This document shows, piece after piece, positions 49,840 to 59,482 of a DNA stretch of 64,000 bases. Where the stretch lies: positions 1,536,001 through 1,600,000 of the forward strand of contig CAVVLO010000002.1 of NCBI GenBank assembly GCA_963749155.1. The letters are read 5' to 3'. The notes under the pieces are model-generated. The model ran no database searches and had not been told where the DNA came from. It was given only the letters and a program-made list of their open reading frames with translations. This stretch comes from an uncultured Armatimonadia bacterium (GTDB taxonomy: Bacteria; Armatimonadota; Zipacnadia; CAVVLO01). The translations under genes and the position numbers were made by a program. Positions within the stretch are counted from its first letter, which is position 1. Each line of letters opens with the position of its first letter.

Positions 49840-50700
49840 ATGAAACTGGCCTTTATTGCGCGAGTGGAAAAACCCGAAGCGGTAGAATACGCCGCTCGCC
49901 TGATGCAGGAAGCCAAATCGCGAGGGCATGACCTGGTGCTCGAGCCGGCCCTGGCTCGCTTCCTGGGTCAGGAGCAACTGGCCGGCGATGATGAGCAGCT
50001 CAAGTCAGCGGGGGTCATCATCGTACTCGGGGGCGATGGCACTTTCCTTGGCGCCACCAGGCGGCTCAGGGGCACGGCGGGCTATTTCCTGGCGGTGGAT
50101 GTCGGGGGATTCGGCTTTATGTCCGAGGCGGCCCCCGATGACATCGAAGGCATAATGGGCGCGGTTGAGAATCCCACAGCCCATCAAGGCTTCCGCTCGA
50201 TGCTCGAGGCCACCATTATCCCTCGCACCGGCGCCCAGCAGCGCTGGGTCGCCATCAACGATGTGGTGGTTTCCAAAGCCGTGGGAGAAGGCCTTATCGA
50301 GGTGGCTCTGGTCTCGCGCGGCCATCCTATCTGCAACCTGCGCGCGGACGGGGTAGTCTTCGCAAGCCCCAGTGGATCTACGGCCTATTCACTGTCGGCA
50401 GGCGGGCCGATAGTGCATCCTTCCCTTGAATGTATGATAGTTACGCCCATCTGCCCGCACACGCTGGCGACGCGCCCGCTGGTGTTGCCGACCGAGCACG
50501 AGATAGAAGTCACGCTGGGCCCTCAGGCCGAGATTGGCCGCAAAGTTATGTTCGTCGTGGACGGGCAAGAGCGCCAGGAGATAGCCGTCGGTGACAGGCT
50601 GCTTGTGCGCGGGGCGGAAGACCGCGTAAAAGTTTGTAAACTGGAACGAGGCAGTTTCTACCAGAAGCTGCGCGAGAAACTCAGGTGGGGGATGAGATAA
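49840..50700 (+). CDS. nadK: NAD(+) kinase
   Basis: LGGDGTFL, INDVV, DG...SPSGSTAYSLSAGGP and PICPH motifs. Confidence 0.94.
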   Translation: MKLAFIARVEKPEAVEYAARLMQEAKSRGHDLVLEPALARFLGQEQLAGDDEQLKSAGVIIVLGGDGTFLGATRRLRGTAGYFLAVDVGGFGFMSEAAPDDIEGIMGAVENPTAHQGFRSMLEATIIPRTGAQQRWVAINDVVVSKAVGEGLIEVALVSRGHPICNLRADGVVFASPSGSTAYSLSAGGPIVHPSLECMIVTPICPHTLATRPLVLPTEHEIEVTLGPQAEIGRKVMFVVDGQERQEIAVGDRLLVRGAEDRVKVCKLERGSFYQKLREKLRWGMR

Positions 50701-50705
50701 GCAGC

Positions 50706-52421
50706 GTGCTGGCCCATCTCAGCATCAGAGAATTCGCGGTGCTGAAACGCCTCGACCTGGACTTCGGGCCGGGCCTTAATGTGCTGACAGGCGAGACGGG
50801 CGCGGGCAAGTCCATCACGCTGGACGCCCTTCAGGCCGCCCTGGGCGAACGACTCAGCACGGATGTGCTGGCCGCCGCGGCCGATAAAGCCCTGGTGGAG
50901 GCCGCCTTCGACCTCGGCAATAACAACCGACTGGTTGAAGCCATCGCCGAACTCGGTTTCGAACCTGAAGACGGCCTGCTGATCCTCTCCCGCGAGATAG
51001 CCCCCGGCCAGACCCGGTGCCGTGTAAACGGACGTATGGTGACCCTTTCAGCCCTGCAAGAACTGGGCACGTTGCTGGTGGACTTCCATGGTCAGCACGA
51101 GCATCAGTCGCTGCTGAAGCCGGCAAGCCATCGTCGCTATCTCGATTTGCTGCTTTCCCCCGAGGCGCTTGAATTGCGCGAGCAATACAGCGAGGCCTGG
51201 GCGCGGCTTCAGGCGCTTGGGGAGGAAGTCGAAAGCCTCCAGACCAGCAGTCGCGAGCGCGCTCAACGGCTGGATACACTGGGATTTCAAGTCAAAGAAA
51301 TCCGCGACGCCAATCTGAAGCCGGGCGAAATAGAAGAGCTGAACGCCAGGAAAAGCAAAGCGCGGCATTTTGAGAAACTGCGCGAAACCGCTGCCCTGGC
51401 CTGGAGCTTGCTCGAGGGAGATGAAGAAGCCGGACAGGCCTTGCCCAAAATCGAACAGGCCGCTCAGGAGCTACTAAAAGCTGCCGAATGGGATGAGACA
51501 CTTGGCCCGCTGGCCGAACTAGTTGCAAATTCTGCGATGCAGCTTCAAGAGGCAACTTCGACAGTCAGCCTGTATCTTGAAGAGCTTGAATTCGATCCCA
51601 AGGAACTAGACAGGCTGGAAGCGCGGTTGGCCTTTCTGGAATTGCTTCAACGCAAGTATGGCGACACAATCGAGGCAATCCTCGAGTATGCGGCTCGCGC
51701 CGAGGCAGAGCTTGCAAAACTCGAGACCAGTGATGAACGGTTAGCCGAACTCGCCGCCGAGTTGGCCAGAGCCGAGAGCGAGACTTTTATTCTGGGCGAG
51801 AAGCTGGCAAGCCACTACCACGAGGTGGGCGACCAGCTTTCGGCAGCGGTGGAAGAGCGACTGGCCAGGCTCAATATGAAAGGCGCGCGGTTTGCGGCAG
51901 GCTTTACTCCGGCGCGAAGTGGCTTGCTGGTGCAGGGGCCTGCTGGCCCAGTGCGACTTGCCAGAAAGGGGCTGGAAGAGGTCGAGTTCACCCTGGCTAC
52001 CGATGGCAGTGGCAGCTTGAAACCGCTAACGCAGATAGCAAGTGGCGGCGAGATGTCTCGCGTGATGCTCGCAATAAAGGCTTCCTCCGCCGGTGGCGAA
52101 GTGCCCGTAATGGTGTTTGATGAGATAGACTCAGGGGTGGGGGGCGAAACCGCCCACCGAGTCGCCGACCAGCTTGAGGAACTGGCTCACAGGCGCCAGT
52201 TACTCGTCGTGACCCACCTGGCCCAGCTCGCTGCGAGGGCTGACAGGCATCTGGTGGTAGAAAAAGAAGCAGGACTTTTTGACCAGCCGGTAGTCGCCAG
52301 GCCGGTGGCCGATGAGGCGCGCGTCGAGGAAGTCGCCCGGATGCTCTCCGGCTCGCCCGAGAGCGACTCGGCACTGGCCCACGCTGCAGAATTGCTGAAG
52401 GCCAAAGGCGCTGCACGATGA
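50706..52421 (+). CDS. recN: DNA repair protein RecN
   Basis: LTGETGAGKS, HGQHEHQ, ASGGEMSR, FDEIDSGVGG and VTHLAQ motifs. Confidence 0.96.
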   Translation: MLAHLSIREFAVLKRLDLDFGPGLNVLTGETGAGKSITLDALQAALGERLSTDVLAAAADKALVEAAFDLGNNNRLVEAIAELGFEPEDGLLILSREIAPGQTRCRVNGRMVTLSALQELGTLLVDFHGQHEHQSLLKPASHRRYLDLLLSPEALELREQYSEAWARLQALGEEVESLQTSSRERAQRLDTLGFQVKEIRDANLKPGEIEELNARKSKARHFEKLRETAALAWSLLEGDEEAGQALPKIEQAAQELLKAAEWDETLGPLAELVANSAMQLQEATSTVSLYLEELEFDPKELDRLEARLAFLELLQRKYGDTIEAILEYAARAEAELAKLETSDERLAELAAELARAESETFILGEKLASHYHEVGDQLSAAVEERLARLNMKGARFAAGFTPARSGLLVQGPAGPVRLARKGLEEVEFTLATDGSGSLKPLTQIASGGEMSRVMLAIKASSAGGEVPVMVFDEIDSGVGGETAHRVADQLEELAHRRQLLVVTHLAQLAARADRHLVVEKEAGLFDQPVVARPVADEARVEEVARMLSGSPESDSALAHAAELLKAKGAAR

Positions 52422-53095
52422 TTCAACCGCTGATGACGGCGCCCCAGGTGCTGCTGGCTGGCAGTTTCGGCAGTGGCAAGACGGAAGTGGCGCTGAACCT
52501 GGCTTGCTGGCGGGCAGAACAAGGCGACCACGTGCGCCTGGTGGACCTGGATGTGGTGACACCAGCTTTTCGCGCGCGCGATCTCCTAGACGAACTGGCA
52601 AGTCGGGGAGTGGAGGTTATCTCTCCCCAGGGGGAGGTGGCGGTAAGCGACCTGCCCGCTCTCGACAGGCGGGTCGAAGCCGTGTTGACTGAGGCCCAGC
52701 CAGGGTTGATAATGGACGTCGGCGGCGATCCGGTGGGCTTGAAGGTGCTCGGAAGGCTGCGCCGGCTGCTGGCTCCCGCGCTGGTTTGCCTCGTGGTGAA
52801 CCCTTATCGTCAGACCTTCTCGCGAAAGCGGATCGAAGCTTTGATAGCGCAGCTTTACGAGGGGACGGGCCTCGCGCCAGCCGGGCTGGTGGCCAACCCC
52901 AACCTGGGCGCCGCTACGAAGGCAGAAGACGTGCTGGGAGCGCTGCCGGCGGTCTTCGAGCTGGCCGAAGCGCTTGCTCTACCTGTTTTTGCCGTGACTT
53001 ACTGGCGACATCTGGACCTGCCGCAGCCTGCTGGCGGTCCACCTTTTTTGCCGCTAGAGCGTTTCCTGAGTTTGCCCTGGGAAGCGGACGACTGA
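52418..53095 (+). CDS. Uncharacterised P-loop NTPase (MinD/CobQ-like)
   Basis: GSFGSGKTE Walker A, VDLDVV.P.FR and DVGGDP motifs. Confidence 0.75.
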   Translation: MIQPLMTAPQVLLAGSFGSGKTEVALNLACWRAEQGDHVRLVDLDVVTPAFRARDLLDELASRGVEVISPQGEVAVSDLPALDRRVEAVLTEAQPGLIMDVGGDPVGLKVLGRLRRLLAPALVCLVVNPYRQTFSRKRIEALIAQLYEGTGLAPAGLVANPNLGAATKAEDVLGALPAVFELAEALALPVFAVTYWRHLDLPQPAGGPPFLPLERFLSLPWEADD

Positions 53096-53123
53096 GCCGG
53101 TCTAACCGGCTGGAGGCCAGGTT

Positions 53124-53342
53124 ATGCCTTTTGTGAAAGTAAAGGAAGAGCGCTGCAAAGGCTGCGGCCTGTGCGTGCACTTCTGTCCCAAAGGGGTGCT
53201 TGAGCTGTCGCGCGAGATCAACCGCGAGGGCTATCATCCTGTAGTGTTCGCCAGGCCCGAGGACTGCACCGGTTGCACTTTCTGCGCCCTTGTGTGCCCC
53301 GACTGCGCGCTCGAGATATTCCGCGAAGCGAAAGCGCGCTGA
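53124..53342 (+). CDS. 2[4Fe-4S] ferredoxin, delta subunit of 2-oxoacid:ferredoxin oxidoreductase
   Basis: CKGCGLCVHFCP and CTGCTFCALVCPD. Confidence 0.9.
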   Translation: MPFVKVKEERCKGCGLCVHFCPKGVLELSREINREGYHPVVFARPEDCTGCTFCALVCPDCALEIFREAKAR

Positions 53343-53355
53343 GAGAGGAAGCCTT

Positions 53356-54426
53356 ATGGCAAAGAAACTGATGAAAGGCAATGAAGCGGTCTGCGAAGGC
53401 GCAATCGCCGCTGGAGGCATCTACTTCTTCGGCTACCCGATTACTCCGCAGAACGAGATACCCGAATATATGAGCTGGCGACTGCCCGAGGTGGGGGGCG
53501 TTTTCCTTCAGGCCGAAAGCGAAGTAGCCTCTATCAATATGCTCTATGGCGCGGCCTCGACGGGCAAGCGCGTAATCACCACCAGCTCAAGCCCAGGCAT
53601 AAGTCTGATGCAGGAGGGCATCTCCTACATCGCGACCGCGGAGCTGCCCTGCGTAATTGTGAACGTCCAGCGCGGGGGGCCGGGCCTTGGCAATATCGCC
53701 CCTGCCCAGTCGGATTATTTCCAGACCACGCGCGGTGGGGGTCACGGCGATTATCGCACTCCTGCGCTCGCGCCCTGGAGCGTCCACGAGATGTTCACTT
53801 TCACCGCCCGGGCCTTCGACATCGCCGACCTCTACCGTACCCCGACACTGGTGCTAAGTGATGGCACCCTCGGCCAGATGATGGAACCTGTTGATTTATC
53901 GGATGTGCCAGAGCCTGTCCACGTCGAAAAGCCCTGGGCGACGACGGGTACTGAAGGCAAGCGCCCGCGTAATGTAATCAACTCGCTGTGGATAGTCCCC
54001 GAGGTAATGGAAGAGGTCAACTTGCGGCTTCAGGCGCGTTATCGCCAGGCCGCTCTGGACCTGGCCGGCGAGTGGGAAGGCTACTTCCTGGACGATGCCG
54101 AACTTGTTGTCGTGGCCTACGGAGTCGCGGCGCGCAATGCCTATACCGCGGTGAAGCAGGCGCGAGAGGCAGGCGTGAAGGCGGGGCTTTTCCGACCGAA
54201 ATTCGTTTATCCCTATCCTTACGAGGCGCTTCGGTTTTACCTGGAACGCGCCAAAGCGGCTCTGGCGGTCGAGATGAGCCTGGGTCAGATGGTCGAGGAC
54301 GTGCGCCTGGCCTCCGAAGGGCGCTGTCCGGTCTTCTTCTGGGGCAGAACAGCGGGCATCCCGCTCGCGCCAGAGGACATCCAGGACGCTATGAAAGCGG
54401 CGCTGGAAGGCAGGCAGGTGGTTTAG
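53356..54426 (+). CDS. vorB: 2-oxoacid:ferredoxin oxidoreductase alpha-type subunit (3-methyl-2-oxobutanoate dehydrogenase VorB family)
   Basis: MKGNEA, YPITPQ, QAESE, TSSSPG and RGGPGLGNI motifs. Confidence 0.88.
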   Translation: MAKKLMKGNEAVCEGAIAAGGIYFFGYPITPQNEIPEYMSWRLPEVGGVFLQAESEVASINMLYGAASTGKRVITTSSSPGISLMQEGISYIATAELPCVIVNVQRGGPGLGNIAPAQSDYFQTTRGGGHGDYRTPALAPWSVHEMFTFTARAFDIADLYRTPTLVLSDGTLGQMMEPVDLSDVPEPVHVEKPWATTGTEGKRPRNVINSLWIVPEVMEEVNLRLQARYRQAALDLAGEWEGYFLDDAELVVVAYGVAARNAYTAVKQAREAGVKAGLFRPKFVYPYPYEALRFYLERAKAALAVEMSLGQMVEDVRLASEGRCPVFFWGRTAGIPLAPEDIQDAMKAALEGRQVV

Positions 54427-55197
54427 ATGAGTCAAGAGACTGGCGAGCTGAAGCAAGTCTTCGGCAGGCCGCATTCTTTATCAGATGTGCGTATGCATTA
54501 TTGTCCTGGCTGCACCCACGGAGTTGGGCACAGGCTGGTCGCCGAGGCGATGGACGAACTTGGCATCGAGGGGAAAGCTATTGGTGTGTGCCCAGTAGGG
54601 TGCGCGGTGTTCGGCTATGAATACTGGGAATGCGATATGCTCGAGGCTGCTCACGGGCGCGCTCCGGCGGTCGCGACAGGTCTCAAGCGGGTGTTGCCCG
54701 ACCGCATCGTCTGGACCTACCAGGGCGATGGCGATATGGCCAGTATCGGTATGGGCGAGCTTGTCCACGCGGCGGCGCGCGGCGAGAATATCTGCATCTT
54801 CTTCATCAACAACGGGGTCTATGGGATGACCCAGGGCCAGATGGCGCCGACGACTCTGCTTGGACAGAAGACCAGCACCTCGCCGGCCGGGCGCACGGTG
54901 GAGACCAACGGCTTCCCAATCGATATTTGCAAGCTGCTCAACGCCCTGGATGGGCCTGGTTATCTGGCGCGAGTGGCGCTTTCCAGTCCCAAGACCATCC
55001 TGCAGGCCAAAAAAGCCGTCAAAAAGGCCTTCCAGTGTCAGATGCAGGGCAAGGGCTTTGCGCTGGTCGAGATGCTTTCGACCTGCTCAACCTACTGGGG
55101 GCTCGATCCTGTGAAGTCGATGGAGCGAATCGACGAGGAGCTAGTGCCGAAGTTCCCACTTGGAGAGTATCGCACTTTCGAAGGCGAGGCCAAATGA
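54427..55197 (+). CDS. 2-oxoacid:ferredoxin oxidoreductase beta (TPP-binding) subunit
   Basis: HYCPGC, PVGC, HGRA and QGDGD...NN.VYGMT.GQ motifs. Confidence 0.9.
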   Translation: MSQETGELKQVFGRPHSLSDVRMHYCPGCTHGVGHRLVAEAMDELGIEGKAIGVCPVGCAVFGYEYWECDMLEAAHGRAPAVATGLKRVLPDRIVWTYQGDGDMASIGMGELVHAAARGENICIFFINNGVYGMTQGQMAPTTLLGQKTSTSPAGRTVETNGFPIDICKLLNALDGPGYLARVALSSPKTILQAKKAVKKAFQCQMQGKGFALVEMLSTCSTYWGLDPVKSMERIDEELVPKFPLGEYRTFEGEAK

Positions 55198-55748
55198 GCG
55201 TTGTAGCTGAAGAAAGCCTCCTCATCGCGGGTTTTGGCGGTCAGGGAATTTTACTGGCGGGTCGCATCCTGGCCGAAGCAGCGCTCGTGGCTGGCAAAGA
55301 GGTTGTCTGGGTGCCCGCTTATGGGCCTGAGGTGCGCGGAGGCACGGCCAACTGCATCGTGAAGGTCGCCGAAGGCCAAATTGGCTCTGTCACTGTCAAC
55401 GAGCCGGATGTGCTGCTGGTGCTCAACCGGCCTTCCTTCCTCAAATACGAGCCTCTTGTGAAACCAGGGGGGTTGCTGCTAGTCAACAGCAGTCTGGTGC
55501 CTGATAAATCCACTCGCACCGACATCACTATTATTGAAGTTGACGCCTCTCTTGTGGCGGAAGAACTGGGCACGGTGAAGGCTGCCAATATGGTAATGGT
55601 AGGGGCCCTTGCCGCCTGCAGAGACTGGTTGCAACTTGACCTGCTTGAAGAGACTCTAAAAACCGTGCTGTCCGGAAAGCTTGTAAAGCTCATACCACTA
55701 AACCTGGCGGCAATCCAGAAGGGTTACGCCCTCGCCGGCGGCAGGTAG
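55194..55748 (+). CDS. 2-oxoacid:ferredoxin oxidoreductase gamma subunit
   Basis: AGFGGQGI, YGPEVRGGTANC and NMVMVGA motifs. ATG 55194 overlaps the beta stop. Confidence 0.9.
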   Translation: MSVVAEESLLIAGFGGQGILLAGRILAEAALVAGKEVVWVPAYGPEVRGGTANCIVKVAEGQIGSVTVNEPDVLLVLNRPSFLKYEPLVKPGGLLLVNSSLVPDKSTRTDITIIEVDASLVAEELGTVKAANMVMVGALAACRDWLQLDLLEETLKTVLSGKLVKLIPLNLAAIQKGYALAGGR

Positions 55749-55821
55749 CCTCGGCTCCTTCCAGGGCCTCACTTCGGTGAGGCCAGGCATAGGGCAGGCC
55801 CTGAAGCTGGGAAGCAGGAGA

Positions 55822-58800
55822 ATGGGAAGCACCACCACTGGTATGCATCGGTTCGGGCTAGTCGTTTACGTGATGTTGGGCCTTATTATGGCCTGCGTCG
55901 CGTGGCCTGACGCCAGCTACAATTTCGTGAAACACTTCAGCGAGGCCACGATTGTCGAGGGTCAGCAGATCCAGGCGCAACAGGCCTTCGCTGGCGGGAT
56001 TGGCAAGCCGGCGCTCCTGCAAATCCCAAACGAGGGTGGCAGGGCCGAGTTGCGCTACAGCCTTACGCTGCCGACAGTTGCCGAAGGCGGCTTCCTCCTT
56101 CTGCATTTCTACTACTCCCTGGCTGACACCGCTTTGATGGTTCCCCCTGCCGATGGGGGCGAGTTGGAACTGCGCCTGGGCAAGGTCCCGGTTTTTCACC
56201 AGAAGGTCACCGAGCAGCGCTGGCGCGAAGCCGCCGTTGATGTGACTCGGCTGGGTGGCCAGACCGTCGTCTTCGATTTTATCGCCCTGCCAGGCGCCAA
56301 TGCGGAATCCGACCACCTGGTATGGGGCCAGCCGCGTATCTACCAGCTTGATGGCCCGCCAATGCCTGTCGAACTGCTTGCCCAGGGCGCCAGTCTGCGC
56401 GCCGATGGCGGTATGACCTATACGCCTCCGGGTGAGAGTGACGACTGGACGGCCAAGCTCAGTTGCCCAGTCAATCAGCCAGGCTCTTTGCATCTGGATT
56501 TGGGGCCTGGGGCCAGTTTCTCGGCGGGGTACCTGGTAGCCGAATACTCGGTCAACCTCGAGATGGCCAACCTGGGCGATGTGCCCGCAATTGAGGCGGC
56601 GGCACTGGACGCTTCGGGAGCGCCTCTTGCCACAGCAAGGGGGGCTTCTTCTCCCCTGCAAGGAGGAGCCGCGGGCGATAAACTGGTGGCACTGGTGCCC
56701 TTCAACTTTGGCGGCGTACCTTTCGAGAAGCTAAGTCTGGGTTTCATCTGCGAGGCCCTGGAAGCCCCCGCGACGGCGACCCCTGGCCGTACCATAACCC
56801 TGCGCCGGATCAGCCTGTTCAAAGCTCAGCCAGAGCTTGCGGTAAAAGTGCTGGGCGTTAGTCCCGCCGTTGCGCTTGCGGGTGAGCCGGTGCGCTTCAC
56901 CTGTGTAATTGAAAACGAGGGCACCGGCAACCTCGACAGGGGCCAGGTGCTGACGGCAAGTCTCAAACTGCCCGATGCGCTTGCTGCCGCGACGGCGGCT
57001 CCGGTTACGGCGACCGATCTGCTTTCGGGCACAACGCGGAAGCTGACCTGGGAACTCGCTCTGCCTGAGGGCCTCCTTGCAAACGACTATCCGGTCGGCG
57101 TTTCGGTTATGCGCGGGGATGCCGAAGTTGCGCGCGGCGCCGCCACTTTGCGCGTATTCCAGGCGGCCGCCTGGCCGGAGCCGGTCGCCGAGGACCAGCC
57201 GCCCCAGTTTGTGGCGGACGGCGATTTGCCAGCGACCCTCGCTAATGACAAGCTGGCTATCAGTTTCGTTCGGGGCAAGGAGGGGGCCAGTGGCGCTCTG
57301 CTGCTGGTGAATCAGAACGGTCGCTTCGAGTGTATGGGAAGCCTCTACCCGCTTGCCAAAGTCGGCTACAAGGATGGCGCGGGCAACCTGGCCTGGTTCA
57401 ATCTGCCCATCACCAAAGTCGTGAAGAGCGTCCCCCAGGGCAAAGCTCTGACCTTGCTGTTATCAGGCGAGGCTACCGACTCCTTCGGCGCCACCTGGCA
57501 TCTGAAATACTCGCTGACTCTGGAGGCTGGCTCAGGCCAGGCAGGATTTGGGGTCAGCGCCAACTGTGACAAGCCAACTCAGCTTTTCGCTTTCTACGGT
57601 CCCAGCCTGCTTGCGGGCGATCGCAGTTTTGGAGAGGCCAAGCAGAGCGCGGTCTTCCCTGGACTCGAGTATCTGGTAGGGCAGGAGGAATCCTCTTCCA
57701 CCTATGCAGTGGCCGCGCCAGCCAACGAGCGGGTCTCGCCCCATCCCTTCAAGATCACACTGCCGGTAATGTGGGTAACGGCGCAAGGGTTCAGTGTAGG
57801 GCTGGCCTGGGATCCGCACCTGGACTACATACCAGGGCGTAAATATCCACTGCCGATATTCGCCTCGCCCAACTTCGTAACAGGGCAGGAGAACCATCTG
57901 CTCTCGCTGTTCGCGCCCTCGCTGCCCGAGCGCAAGACCGAGAACAAACTTTGGGCGGACGAACCGCTGCCCTGGCCTACAGGGGCGACGATCCGCCTGG
58001 CGGGTAGCCTTTTCGCTCTGCCTGATCCCTCCGGGATGGAACCCGCGCGCGACTGGGTGGCGCGTCATATGCTGCCCCAGGCGCCGACAGGGGGGCTGTG
58101 CGGTCCTGACCTTATCAACGCCTGCGTCAACACTTTCGCCAAAGAATTATGGGATCCGACAAGTTCTGGCTGGAGACTGGCTGCCGCCTGGCCTCCGGAA
58201 TATGACCCCGAACTCGCTGCGGCGCTGCTCGCTTACGGGCTGACCGCTGGCAAGCAAGAACTGGTCGATCAGTCACTTGCCGCGGCGCAGGCTGCCGGGG
58301 TGCCAGGTCTTCCGCTGGCGTTGCTCTTGGGAGTGGATCGCGCCAGTCTCGAAAGCGAACGCGATTATGTCTACGCCTTGATAAGCTCTCAGCGAGAAGA
58401 CGGCGCCTGGCCCTTCAGCCCAGATGCGCGCTTGCAGGTCTTCGGCGCTTCGGGAGATACCGCGACAGGCCTCACCGCCACGGTAGCGCGCGAAGTGCTT
58501 CAGTATGCCTCGGTAAGTCTCGACTCGGACGCACTGACCTCCGGGCTGAAGGCCCTGGACTGGCTGTCTGGGCAAACCAGGCCGGAGGGTGGCCAAAGCT
58601 GGGAAAGCCCTCTTCATACCCCTGACTTGCTCGCTGCCGCCGACCTGGTGAAGGCCTTCCTGACCGGCTACCAGATTACAGGCGCGCCTGAATACCTGGA
58701 ACAAGCCAAGCTCTGGGCGGCGCGCGGATTGCCTTTCCTCTATCTTTGGCAAGCGGATGAACGGCCCAGAATGGCCTACGCGACCGTGCCGATGTTCGGC

Positions 58801-59412
58801 GCGACCTGGCTGGATGTGCAGCCCTGGTTCGGGCTTTCTTCCCCCTGGGTCGGGATGCAGTATGCGGACAGCCTGACCGACCTGGCCCGGTTTGACAATG
58901 CCGGCCCCTGGCGCAAGCTGGCAGAGGGGCTTTGCGCCTTCGCCTCGGGCTTGCAGATCCCGGCTGGTGAGGAACGCGCCGGGCTGGTGCCTGACGCCTG
59001 GGATGTAGTGGAGGGCGGCAAGCCTTACCAGTTTGATTTGGCGCCCAAGACCTTGCTCAAGCTGGCAAGCAACCTGGCTGGCAGGCCGCTGGAGGCTGAT
59101 ACCCGCCTCGTCCAGATGGACAGTGGAAGGGTCTCCATCACTGTCACAGGCCTGGTGTTGTCCGCAGAGTGCCAAGCCGATGGTTGCGTTGCCTGGAAGG
59201 CGCGGCGCAGAGGCGACATCAAGGAGACTCACCTCGTGGCGGGGCTTCAACCTCCCACCAGTGTAAAGGTAGATGGCGTCGCCGCCCAGGCGGGGCCTGC
59301 TAACGACTCTGCGCCCAGTTGGGAGTATCTCGAAGACTTCGGCTTGCTGATGGTCCACGTGCCCCGAGGTCGGGGCCCTGTGACCGTTGAGGTCCAGGCC
59401 AGCCTGCGCTAA
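55822..59412 (+). CDS. Large secreted multidomain protein (Ig/CARDB-like plus predicted alpha/alpha barrel), function unknown
   Basis: Hydrophobic N-terminus, 'F.C.IENEG.G' Ig-like motif, QREDGAW, WESPLHTPDLLAA and GYQITG.PEYLEQA..WA. Start uncertain (55777/55822/55843). Confidence 0.7.
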   Translation: MGSTTTGMHRFGLVVYVMLGLIMACVAWPDASYNFVKHFSEATIVEGQQIQAQQAFAGGIGKPALLQIPNEGGRAELRYSLTLPTVAEGGFLLLHFYYSLADTALMVPPADGGELELRLGKVPVFHQKVTEQRWREAAVDVTRLGGQTVVFDFIALPGANAESDHLVWGQPRIYQLDGPPMPVELLAQGASLRADGGMTYTPPGESDDWTAKLSCPVNQPGSLHLDLGPGASFSAGYLVAEYSVNLEMANLGDVPAIEAAALDASGAPLATARGASSPLQGGAAGDKLVALVPFNFGGVPFEKLSLGFICEALEAPATATPGRTITLRRISLFKAQPELAVKVLGVSPAVALAGEPVRFTCVIENEGTGNLDRGQVLTASLKLPDALAAATAAPVTATDLLSGTTRKLTWELALPEGLLANDYPVGVSVMRGDAEVARGAATLRVFQAAAWPEPVAEDQPPQFVADGDLPATLANDKLAISFVRGKEGASGALLLVNQNGRFECMGSLYPLAKVGYKDGAGNLAWFNLPITKVVKSVPQGKALTLLLSGEATDSFGATWHLKYSLTLEAGSGQAGFGVSANCDKPTQLFAFYGPSLLAGDRSFGEAKQSAVFPGLEYLVGQEESSSTYAVAAPANERVSPHPFKITLPVMWVTAQGFSVGLAWDPHLDYIPGRKYPLPIFASPNFVTGQENHLLSLFAPSLPERKTENKLWADEPLPWPTGATIRLAGSLFALPDPSGMEPARDWVARHMLPQAPTGGLCGPDLINACVNTFAKELWDPTSSGWRLAAAWPPEYDPELAAALLAYGLTAGKQELVDQSLAAAQAAGVPGLPLALLLGVDRASLESERDYVYALISSQREDGAWPFSPDARLQVFGASGDTATGLTATVAREVLQYASVSLDSDALTSGLKALDWLSGQTRPEGGQSWESPLHTPDLLAAADLVKAFLTGYQITGAPEYLEQAKLWAARGLPFLYLWQADERPRMAYATVPMFGATWLDVQPWFGLSSPWVGMQYADSLTDLARFDNAGPWRKLAEGLCAFASGLQIPAGEERAGLVPDAWDVVEGGKPYQFDLAPKTLLKLASNLAGRPLEADTRLVQMDSGRVSITVTGLVLSAECQADGCVAWKARRRGDIKETHLVAGLQPPTSVKVDGVAAQAGPANDSAPSWEYLEDFGLLMVHVPRGRGPVTVEVQASLR

Positions 59413-59421
59413 GCGATTTAC

Positions 59422-59457
59422 AGCGGTCCGAAGAGGGTTTCGGGCCGCTTTTGTTTT
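59422..59457 (+). terminator. Intrinsic terminator
   Basis: AGCGGTCCGAA...TTCGGGCCGCT followed by TTTGTTTT. Confidence 0.65.
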
Positions 59458-59482
59458 CCACTGATTTGGGGGGGACACCGCT

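Noticed and set aside
54630..55193. N-terminal extension of the gamma-subunit ORF (372 aa in the track)
   Set aside because: It overlaps the beta subunit out of frame; the real start is ATG 55194
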